Source: a virus
Lineage: Duplodnaviria > Caudoviricetes
Virus record (IMG/VR): IMGVR_UViG_3300039082_000001
Coordinates: 1 to 52,100 of that record
DNA length: 52,100 nucleotides
Strand: one strand, 5' to 3'
Position numbers and translations under genes: made by a program. The notes under the pieces were generated by a model, which saw only the letters and a list, made by a program, of their open reading frames with translations, searched no databases and was not told the origin of the DNA. Positions 26,801 to 34,865 of this stretch are shown piece by piece (positions within the stretch are counted from its first letter, which is position 1; each line of letters begins with the position of its first letter).

Positions 26801-27431
26801 CCGTGAGGTGGTTGTCACTGAGAAGATCGACGGAACCAACGGTCAGGTCTTTATCGAACGGAAGTTCATGGGCTCTGCCCTGGAGTACAATGGCAGCTTG
26901 CTGAACCTCCCGTTTACGCTTGTCCTGGATGAGTCAGAGATGGATGACGCAGGTCTTCCTACCCATGAGTTTCACGTCTGGGCTGGTAGTCGTAACCGGT
27001 TCCTGACTCCGGAGAATGACAAGCACGGCTTCTGTGACTGGGTCTGGGCTAACGCCCTGGAACTGACCAAGCTCGGAGAAGGTCGCCATTACGGTGAGTG
27101 GTACGGCAAGGGTATCCAGCGAGGCTACGGTCTCGACGAGAAGCGGTTCATGCTCTTCAACACGTCCCGCTGGTCTGACCCTGAGGTACGTCCGAAGTGC
27201 TGTGAGGTCTCTACGGTCCTTTTCAAGGGACCAATGCTGAACCTATTCAGTGACATCTCTGATTGTGGATGCTGCCCGTTTTCTCTTATGGATCAAGTCA
27301 TCCACGACTTGTCCGAGAATGGTTCATTCCATGTACCGGGTTTTGATCGGCCCGAAGGTGTGGTACTCTATCACCACGCAGCTAACCAGCTTTTCAAGTA
27401 CACTCTCGGAGGGGATGGGCACAAGGGATGA
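26739..27431 (+). CDS. RNA ligase (Rnl2-like adenylation domain)
   Basis: TEKIDGTN, GSRNR, YGEWYG.GIQ, FMLF, PEGVV. Confidence 0.88.
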   Translation: MESKGLKVESFQEFGKIPRFNREVVVTEKIDGTNGQVFIERKFMGSALEYNGSLLNLPFTLVLDESEMDDAGLPTHEFHVWAGSRNRFLTPENDKHGFCDWVWANALELTKLGEGRHYGEWYGKGIQRGYGLDEKRFMLFNTSRWSDPEVRPKCCEVSTVLFKGPMLNLFSDISDCGCCPFSLMDQVIHDLSENGSFHVPGFDRPEGVVLYHHAANQLFKYTLGGDGHKG

Positions 27432-27838
27432 GGTTTCAAAAAGACGATCTGGTCTACGTCCTTGGCAACAAGGATAAGACCTTCAGGGTCGGTTACATCA
27501 ATAATTGGACTAACGCACGGGACGACGAGGTTACGTACGATCTGGTCGAGGTTGATACCTCGAATGAGATCCAATACGTTCCTGCTGAGTACATGGAGCT
27601 GCTTCCCAAACCGTTCGTACCAGTTCCTGGTATGATCGTACGAATCCACCGTGAACTTACTGGACCTGGAACCTACTGGGTTAACGGTGATGGTAAGCTG
27701 CTGTACATTAGCGTCCTCGGCAAGGATTTCGACTCCGTGTCGGATGATGTGCAGGCCCTTTCGGCTAAGTACAATAACGTTGGCATCAAGTCAGAGAATG
27801 TGACCGTTCTTTACGACCCGAGGAGTAAGAGTGTCTAA
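27428..27838 (+). CDS. Hypothetical protein (SH3-like N-terminus)
   Basis: FQKDDLV pattern; coupled start. Confidence 0.65.
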   Translation: MRFQKDDLVYVLGNKDKTFRVGYINNWTNARDDEVTYDLVEVDTSNEIQYVPAEYMELLPKPFVPVPGMIVRIHRELTGPGTYWVNGDGKLLYISVLGKDFDSVSDDVQALSAKYNNVGIKSENVTVLYDPRSKSV

Positions 27839-28178
27839 GTTCAAGGATGGCGACAAGGTACTCGTCACTGACCGTGGTACGGTAACGCGATCTACTCAGA
27901 CCGGAGAGTCGGTTTTCGTGACCTTCTCGGACGGTGCTGGCGGCTGGTTCGAATCGTCTGATCTCGTCCTTGCCCCTCGTGAGTGGCAGAAGGGTGACGT
28001 TGGTCGTGACCGTGAAGGAAACATCGTCTACCGTCACGATGACTTCTGGACCGACTCGATCGATGATCTTGTTGTAGATGCCGATGATGTTCCCGAATGG
28101 AACAAGTGGAATCAGGACGACTTCACCGGCGAGATCACTCTAATCGGTCACATCGATGTAGAGGCTCTGAATGGCTAA
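27831..28178 (+). CDS. Hypothetical protein (SH3-like repeats)
   Basis: FKDGDKV, WQKGDV. Confidence 0.65.
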   Translation: MSKFKDGDKVLVTDRGTVTRSTQTGESVFVTFSDGAGGWFESSDLVLAPREWQKGDVGRDREGNIVYRHDDFWTDSIDDLVVDADDVPEWNKWNQDDFTGEITLIGHIDVEALNG

Positions 28179-28242
28179 GTATCTCTACCGTGCCAGGCTC
28201 AAGCACGAGACTTGGGCGTACGAATTTAAGCCCTAGAAACGA

Positions 28243-28287
28243 AGAAAGCCCCTTGGTGTAGGCTGACCTACCCTTGGGGCTTTTTCG
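28243..28287. terminator. Bidirectional terminator between converging arms
   Basis: AGAAAGCCCC...GGGGCTTTTT. Confidence 0.75.
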
Positions 28288-28324
28288 TGCGTTAGCGTAA
28301 TGTACGGGCCTTGGAAAAGTGGCT

Positions 28325-28663
28325 TTATGGAGTGACAGGTGCCGTAGGTTCACTCGGGGACACCTGAGCACGCACCAGAAGCGCAGCCAGGGCCATGGCA
28401 GCAGCCGTCAGGCTACCGACCTGAGCGTCACTGAAGTGGAGCCCGTACTGACCCACCAGGGCCACGCCAGCGGTCACCACACCCTTGAACAGTGCCGGAG
28501 CAACCGGCCGGGTAGTAACAGCCACCAGGACGGCAGTCAGGAAGGCCACCACAGCGTCAGCCAGGCCCGTAGGGACGCCAGGCACCTTAAAGGATGCCAG
28601 CAGGACCAGCAGGGCACCGATAGTCGTAATGATTAGGGCCGGTTCTCGTCCAAAGATCTTCAT
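28325..28663 (-). CDS. Holin
   Basis: MKIFGREPA, multiple TMs, RAQVSP; actinophage holin pattern. Confidence 0.8.
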   Translation of the reverse strand: MKIFGREPALIITTIGALLVLLASFKVPGVPTGLADAVVAFLTAVLVAVTTRPVAPALFKGVVTAGVALVGQYGLHFSDAQVGSLTAAAMALAALLVRAQVSPSEPTAPVTP

Positions 28664-29016
28664 GCGTTCTCCTTACCTGCGAGAGCCCGTTCAAGCTCAC
28701 GGATTCTCTTGTTCCGTTCGTCTAGCTCACTGGTTAGGTCTCGGATTCTTCCACGGAGCTGATCTAGCTCATCATTAGCTCGGTCGAACTTTGTACTGAT
28801 GTCTTCAAGTCGATCGCGAAACTCATTCGTCTGTTGACGAGCCTCCTGAATCATCTCCATGGATATCTGGTGGTAGGTCTTAGCTGCGTTAGCTTGAGCT
28901 ACCTCACCTTCACCAAGGATCTTGTTCCGTTCAGCACGAACAGTGAATAGCCGTACCAGCCCACCACCGGCTAGGACTGATGTAACGATTGTGACGATCT
29001 GAATTACGGTACCCAC
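28660..29016 (-). CDS. Membrane protein with coiled coil (lysis accessory)
   Basis: N-terminal TM with GGG, heptad C-terminus. Confidence 0.75.
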   Translation of the reverse strand: MGTVIQIVTIVTSVLAGGGLVRLFTVRAERNKILGEGEVAQANAAKTYHQISMEMIQEARQQTNEFRDRLEDISTKFDRANDELDQLRGRIRDLTSELDERNKRIRELERALAGKENA

Positions 29017-29504
29017 GTTTCGGCCTCACTTCTGGACTCTGTTAACTGAGCAGCCCAGGCAAGGTCTTCCCTCATTTCCTTCAAATCTCTCCGGAGTTCG
29101 AACCATTTTCCCAAGAGGCCGAGAGATAGGAATATCAGAATGAATGGAATCGAGAAGCCAGGTTTAGCAGCTTGCTGAACCGAATAGACCACCATGACTA
29201 GAAATAATGATGCAGTCGAATACTGTTCTATTAGCAGGGAGGTCACATATCTTCCGACCGGAACGTTTCTGCGTTGTCCAAACATGCCGAGTAAAATGCC
29301 TAGACATGAAAGGATACCCAGAGAGTTATATGCAACAAGTTCCCAGCCAGGGAGAACTGAGCTGAATCCCTGTAATGGTTTATGTAGCGCTACAGCGATC
29401 AGTGTAGAAATCTGACCTAAGAGAAGCCCAAACAATAGGGACACCCAAACGGGATGTCTTGCCGGGCTCGAAGAGCGATGCGGCATATCCAGTAGCCTTT
29501 CCAA
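29004..29504 (-). CDS. 4-TM membrane protein
   Basis: Four hydrophobic segments. Confidence 0.7.
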   Translation of the reverse strand: MERLLDMPHRSSSPARHPVWVSLLFGLLLGQISTLIAVALHKPLQGFSSVLPGWELVAYNSLGILSCLGILLGMFGQRRNVPVGRYVTSLLIEQYSTASLFLVMVVYSVQQAAKPGFSIPFILIFLSLGLLGKWFELRRDLKEMREDLAWAAQLTESRSEAETWVP

Positions 29505-29531
29505 AAGTCCTCCCCCGTAAGTAGCTGGTTG

Positions 29532-30326
29532 CTACTTTGTGTACGTGATCCTGATAGCTGGAACTGGAAGACCAGATCCTACGCCAGCGGCGTACCCGTA
29601 ATAGGATTGACTTGAAGTAGGAGCTTGCAGGATAATGCCCTTGATCAGACCATCACGAATGTCTGCACCAAAGGATGTTGCAACCTGGTGGTAGGCACCT
29701 TGAGATTCCGATCGCTGGTTCCTCGTCACGTGACCAGAGGAAACGTGCTGGGCGACGATAACCGTACTGCCATAGCTAGCTGGAGCAGACGAGTTATTGT
29801 GCTTACCGAAGTCTACGGTAGTGCCACCACTAGGATAGGTATGGATGTTATCTAGGTAGATCTCAACCTTATTGATGGTAGCTCCGGCAAGGACGGCAGC
29901 AATAGCTGAAGCATTGAACCCAATCAAGCTTGTCTGAGTTCCGTTGAACGTATCCTCATGACTGTTGCCGTAGTACAGATAGGTAGCAGTACCACCAGTG
30001 AAGCCGCCAGACTGACGGTAAGCCTGAGACCAGGTAGCAGCCCATTCGAACGTTGTAGTAACCGGTTGAGCTGGGACCGTAGGCTGAGACGTAGCAGAGG
30101 CGGCGCCAGAGGTGGCTACCGACGTGAACTCCTTGATGGTGCCGCTAGGCAGCCTGACGTGAAGCCTACCGTCAGCGAACATCCAGATGTTACCCTTGTA
30201 GTCCGTGGTAGGGTCAGCGTTCACCATAGGGATCTGAAGCGGAGCTGATTCCAGGGCAGAGATCCTAGCTTCGTACTTTTGAATGATCTCAAGGAAACGC
30301 TCTTCGGGTGTACGTCCTACTCCCAT
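29532..30326 (-). CDS. Minor tail protein
   Basis: ATWSQAY...LAGATINKVEIYL...IRITYTK pattern. Confidence 0.75.
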   Translation of the reverse strand: MGVGRTPEERFLEIIQKYEARISALESAPLQIPMVNADPTTDYKGNIWMFADGRLHVRLPSGTIKEFTSVATSGAASATSQPTVPAQPVTTTFEWAATWSQAYRQSGGFTGGTATYLYYGNSHEDTFNGTQTSLIGFNASAIAAVLAGATINKVEIYLDNIHTYPSGGTTVDFGKHNNSSAPASYGSTVIVAQHVSSGHVTRNQRSESQGAYHQVATSFGADIRDGLIKGIILQAPTSSQSYYGYAAGVGSGLPVPAIRITYTK

Positions 30327-30364
30327 TAAAGCCTCCCTACGGAGGCCAACACGATGCTACGCAT

Positions 30365-31525
30365 CTAGATCGCCTCCTCGTTCTCTGGCAGCTCGATATC
30401 ATTCAGGTCAATCAAAAGGTCTAGCTGATCGGTAGCTGGCTGATCTCCACCAGCGTTTACACGGAACGTCCTGCGAACAATCCTGACCGATGAAAGATCA
30501 AGGTCAAAGACCTCGTCCTGAACGATCAAACGAACCTTGTTGCCAGTAGCGTAATCAGTGTAGGCAGGAGTATCCAAAGGGACGGTAACCTGCATCTGCT
30601 GAAGGCCTGAGGCGTGATACGCCCTGATACCCTGAACGTGACTAGCGATAGTATTGATGTCCGTCGTAGTAGCGTTCGTGTACTCCTTGGATTCCCTAAG
30701 CAGGATCGTGTCCGAAGCTAGGTTAGTGTCCTGGTCGTAAGCCATCAGCAAATCAGTACCGGCAGTGCCAGAGCCAGTACCCCAAACCCGAGGGATGACC
30801 GTCTCTGCGGTATCATCAGGGTTGGTGAACTTGATGATGTTACCGCCAGCAGGAGTGGATTTGAACAGAACCGAAGAGTTCAGAGCCGACTTCTTAGGGT
30901 AGTACAGCACGAGCCATAGAGCTGGGTTGCCAGCGTTGTCCTCGCGAACTTCAATGTCCCACTCGAAGCCCTTAGACCTTGACGCCATTCGGTCTATAGC
31001 TTCTCCGGCATATACGAACTCAGAACCGAAGATGGTTAGATCCCTCTGGATACCGGAGGTCTCAGTTCCCAGATTGATCGTAGGAGTACCAGCCCCACCA
31101 GTAGCGTACGTGACGATAGCACGAGCGATATCGAACTGCTCTGTCGATGTCCAGGCGTACTTGATATCTACAACTGGGTTCACCGTAACGTCCGGTGTCA
31201 GGAACCTCTGGTAGAGCCAGGACTTCCAGGACACTGCCGTGATCTGGAACGCATGGTTATCAGGATCCCATGGACGCTGGATCAGTGGACCACCCCAGAG
31301 GTACCCATCTTCGTCCTTGACGTACAGAGCCAACGCCTCAGGATCGTTAGGGTAGTTCAGGTAGCTCTTGAGCTTGTCAGCAGTTTGCGTCTCAGAGATA
31401 ACCGCCATGCCAGTGAACGTCGTACCAGTACCATCCACGGACTGGGTAAAAGTGACTCCAGTTACGTCGATCTCTCCGAGGGGAACAGAAGAGAGGACCG
31501 GACAGATGATAAAACGAAATGACAT
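30365..31525 (-). CDS. Minor tail / baseplate hub (Tal-like) protein
   Basis: LWGGPL, EQFDIAR, GFEWDI, GNKVRL. Confidence 0.75.
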   Translation of the reverse strand: MSFRFIICPVLSSVPLGEIDVTGVTFTQSVDGTGTTFTGMAVISETQTADKLKSYLNYPNDPEALALYVKDEDGYLWGGPLIQRPWDPDNHAFQITAVSWKSWLYQRFLTPDVTVNPVVDIKYAWTSTEQFDIARAIVTYATGGAGTPTINLGTETSGIQRDLTIFGSEFVYAGEAIDRMASRSKGFEWDIEVREDNAGNPALWLVLYYPKKSALNSSVLFKSTPAGGNIIKFTNPDDTAETVIPRVWGTGSGTAGTDLLMAYDQDTNLASDTILLRESKEYTNATTTDINTIASHVQGIRAYHASGLQQMQVTVPLDTPAYTDYATGNKVRLIVQDEVFDLDLSSVRIVRRTFRVNAGGDQPATDQLDLLIDLNDIELPENEEAI

Positions 31526-31541
31526 GGCGGGATCTCCTTAG

Positions 31542-32543
31542 TTAGACGGCCTTGAACTCGATGGTGCTGAGCTTGGCCACAATCTTGTCGGTAAGCGCAT
31601 CGAGGTCAACCTCAGGAGAGCCAGTGACGGTACCCTGAGCCTTAACCGCTTGAGCCAGAGGATTAGGGATCTCTTCCGACTTAGACGGGTCGATGTACTC
31701 GTAATCCGACTTGAAGGTATTCGAAGCGAAATCGACGTTATCGAGGATGCCAGGATTAAAGGCAACGATCTGAGCCCAAATAGTGCCGTGACCCTGAGCC
31801 TGAAGGTCTTTGACCCATTGATCGATATTCCAGCCAGCTTTAACCTGGAGGACACCATACTGGACCACGGTATCGGAGAGGTTGAAAACCGCATCCAGCA
31901 GGTTAGCTTGATTCTTATTCATTGCAACTACTCCGTTCCGTACCACAATCGGATCCTTCTTGGGTTCCGAGCTGGGCAGAGAGATGATTTCATTCCAGTC
32001 AGTATCCTGACCACCAACGGTCTTGTGACCACGCTGACGCACGTTAGCCTTAGGGTGAAGGTTCTTGTTCTTACCGCCAGACCAGGATGTGGACATTCCA
32101 GCCTGCCAGAAGAAACCGTAACCGAACCCTGCCTCATCAACCCACTCAAGGGCGTTCCATGGTCCGTAGACACCAGGAACGAAGCCGGCAGCCATAATGG
32201 CTCCGGCGAAGCCCAGAGCGTAGCCTGAGATAGAAGCCCAGGACGTTACATCGAAGTCACAGGACCCTACGATGACGGATCCCTTAGGGTAGCCAAGCTG
32301 ATCCGCCATAGCGGAAGCAGATTGACCATGAGAGCGGCCAGAGGTGAAGCCGCCCTTCCAGTCATCAGCAGCGGACTCCCAGTTCAAGATGACCTGGATT
32401 CCGTTTGCCTTAAGCTCCTGGTATTCAGCCGGACTGATTACCTTCCACTTCTGTGGAGCAATGTACCTGAAGACAAGGGAAACATCGTTAGCCTTAAGTG
32501 CACTAGGTGCAATCCTTGCCGTGTAATCTAGCGCAATAGACAT
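31542..32543 (-). CDS. Endolysin, DUF1906 (GH25-like) catalytic domain plus C-terminal domain
   Basis: LDY, FRY, NWE, CDFD, GVYG, WQ..STSWS, DTDWN. Confidence 0.85.
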   Translation of the reverse strand: MSIALDYTARIAPSALKANDVSLVFRYIAPQKWKVISPAEYQELKANGIQVILNWESAADDWKGGFTSGRSHGQSASAMADQLGYPKGSVIVGSCDFDVTSWASISGYALGFAGAIMAAGFVPGVYGPWNALEWVDEAGFGYGFFWQAGMSTSWSGGKNKNLHPKANVRQRGHKTVGGQDTDWNEIISLPSSEPKKDPIVVRNGVVAMNKNQANLLDAVFNLSDTVVQYGVLQVKAGWNIDQWVKDLQAQGHGTIWAQIVAFNPGILDNVDFASNTFKSDYEYIDPSKSEEIPNPLAQAVKAQGTVTGSPEVDLDALTDKIVAKLSTIEFKAV

Positions 32544-32545
32544 AA

Positions 32546-32791
32546 CTACACTCCTCGAAGAGAAGCCTCTCCCGACATCTCATAGAACTTATCACAACAC
32601 TGGTGATAGAAATCCTCAAGGTCAGCCGTAGCAGCAGCGAGCTTAGCGTTATTGAGGATGTACCATTCAGGTGCCACACCAGTCAGAGGCTCGATTGGAT
32701 CAATGACTGCCATTACAGCCTGGCCACCGAACATTAGGAACGACATAAAATAGGTGTCCTTGCAGGCTTGAAACTCTTCTTTGTAGGTCAT
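32546..32791 (-). CDS. Hypothetical protein
   Basis: TAATG coupling at 32791. Confidence 0.55.
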   Translation of the reverse strand: MTYKEEFQACKDTYFMSFLMFGGQAVMAVIDPIEPLTGVAPEWYILNNAKLAAATADLEDFYHQCCDKFYEMSGEASLRGV

Positions 32792-33978
32792 TACTCCCAG
32801 CCTTCTAGGATGAACTTCGATCCGACCAGAAGGTTTCCGGTCGCCGGCTTGATTAGCATGCTTGTCCATGGTCCTGCCGTTGCTGCGCTTCCCGACGCAT
32901 TGAAGTCGTAGTAGTTAGATCCTGAATCGAAGAACTCAGCCCTACCTGTAGCCTGAGGACGGTTAGCACTAACCAGATGCTGATCCCAGCCTTCGAATTC
33001 GAAAGTACCAGATCCCCAAACGTTCGCGGTAGCTGAAGCTCCAGGCATTACTCCCAAGATGAGAGCCGTCTGTGCAGCTCCAGGAGTTACCGTCTGGCTT
33101 GTGGTACTAGGATAGTACTTAATGACGTAGTTGTAGACGCCAGAAGTAATACCATTGATCTGAACGCTCATGAAGGATGCCGTGGTAACGCCATCAGTCC
33201 TAGCGGTCCAACGAACACGGACGTTCCTCAATGTGCTGGGAATTCCGCTGAAGCTTACGCTAGCTGCAACGGAACCAGTAACAATGGATTCCAAGCGCCA
33301 CGGAGCAGACTGCTCCCAGCTAGAACCATTGTACCGACGTTCGAACTTCGTGTCTACTTCGTAGATCTTCTGACCCAGGTACCCAGTCGGACGAGTAGTG
33401 CTCGTACAGTATGTGATCCCTCCCGGAGGAGAGATGTACCGAAGGTTAGAAGTAATCTTGTTGGCGGCGATAGAGGTAACGCCAGTGTCTACCTGGATAT
33501 CCGCAACGCGGAACCAAGCGCCAGGGACATATCCACCACCACCGGAGTTGAAGTAGCTATCAGCACGAGGGACACCAGCACCAGCAGCGCCCTGAACAAC
33601 ATCCCAGTAAGCTCGTGAGTTACCAGTAACGGTACCGTACTGAGGATCAGCCACACGAAGGATGATAGAGTCATACCGAGTAGAACCAGAAGGGCTAGCG
33701 ATAGCCAGAGCTTCGCTGGCATTCGACCAAACGAAGTAGCCACCCTGAGTGTTAGACTCAACGCCCAGCAGGTGAGCCATACCGGCTGCTACGTTAACGG
33801 TAAGTCCAACACCAGGAGTAGTTACAGCGAAGTCGCCATATCGAAGTACGCCACTCTGAAGGAATAGACCCTTGTTGAGGTTACGACCAAGCTCTACAGG
33901 GTGCTGGAACTGGGTCTGTGGTCCAGGAGTAGCATCGTTGTTATTTGCAATATATCCAGGAGCAGTCTGAAGACCCAT
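32791..33978 (-). CDS. Minor tail protein
   Basis: VNVAAG, RYDSIILRV.D.QY, STTRPT..LGQKIYEVDT. Confidence 0.8.
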   Translation of the reverse strand: MGLQTAPGYIANNNDATPGPQTQFQHPVELGRNLNKGLFLQSGVLRYGDFAVTTPGVGLTVNVAAGMAHLLGVESNTQGGYFVWSNASEALAIASPSGSTRYDSIILRVADPQYGTVTGNSRAYWDVVQGAAGAGVPRADSYFNSGGGGYVPGAWFRVADIQVDTGVTSIAANKITSNLRYISPPGGITYCTSTTRPTGYLGQKIYEVDTKFERRYNGSSWEQSAPWRLESIVTGSVAASVSFSGIPSTLRNVRVRWTARTDGVTTASFMSVQINGITSGVYNYVIKYYPSTTSQTVTPGAAQTALILGVMPGASATANVWGSGTFEFEGWDQHLVSANRPQATGRAEFFDSGSNYYDFNASGSAATAGPWTSMLIKPATGNLLVGSKFILEGWE

Positions 33979-33979
33979 C

Positions 33980-34864
33980 TTACCTCCAGGCGGAACGAGC
34001 GGTTACGGTGAATGAAGCATCGGCATAGTAGTTACCGAACAGCTTGATGATGTTAGTACCACGAATCAATGGCCACCAGTCGCCGTCGATAAGACCGGAG
34101 ACCGAGGAACCATTGATGGTAGCTGTTTCCTTAGCGTGATCGATAACTAGCTGCTGTCCAGCAGACAGCGCCACGTTGAACGAAAGGAAATCTCCAGTGG
34201 TGGAGTTCTCCAGACGCCAACCCTGATCCAGCGGACCAGTAATAGTCGTTACCGGATACGTGTTAGCGTTACCGATATTGGTAAGTGTCACCTGGTTACC
34301 TGAACCAGAGGAAGTAGTACCGAAGGTCAGGGGCCACTTCAACGGCCAGACCATACCACCGGTAGAGCTTCCCACGATTCCAGAGGTTCCAGTCAGAACG
34401 TTCACAGCATCGTACTTGTACGGATCAGCACACAGTAGGTCTACCTCGAACCTGAAGCCCAGAGGCATGAACTGCGTAAGCCTCAGGTCCGAGATGACAC
34501 GAGCTGTAACGTACCGTGGCCTAGGGCCATAGCAGGTGATCTTTACATCCGAGTTCAAAGGGAATGCATCGGCACCCAGGGTTGTCCATGCGTCATCGGT
34601 ATCTGCTTCAGACAGGGTGGCTACCATTCCAGCAGCCACCAGAGTCCGACCTTGCGCATAGAACTTAGGTGCAACGTAGGCGCCATCACCTACGGCCTTC
34701 TGGGAGGACACAACCACCGGCTTAACGGTATTGGTCCATCCCTCCAGTCCGTCGATCCAAGCCTGCTCAGCTCCCGTAAGGTCACCTACGTCAGTAGGAT
34801 CATTGAAGGTAATGGTACCTTCATCAGTTTCAATGACGACCTTCTCGTTTAAGAAGAAAGCCAT
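33980..34864 (-). CDS. Distal tail (Dit-like) protein
   Basis: Follows TMP; CADPYKY, NIGNANTYP, WWPLIRGTN. Confidence 0.85.
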   Translation of the reverse strand: MAFFLNEKVVIETDEGTITFNDPTDVGDLTGAEQAWIDGLEGWTNTVKPVVVSSQKAVGDGAYVAPKFYAQGRTLVAAGMVATLSEADTDDAWTTLGADAFPLNSDVKITCYGPRPRYVTARVISDLRLTQFMPLGFRFEVDLLCADPYKYDAVNVLTGTSGIVGSSTGGMVWPLKWPLTFGTTSSGSGNQVTLTNIGNANTYPVTTITGPLDQGWRLENSTTGDFLSFNVALSAGQQLVIDHAKETATINGSSVSGLIDGDWWPLIRGTNIIKLFGNYYADASFTVTARSAWR

Positions 34865-34865
34865 G

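Noticed and set aside
9836-28178. Stoperator-like 13-16 bp repeats
   Set aside because: None found by eye at gene junctions, only RBS-like sequences; a motif search is needed to exclude them
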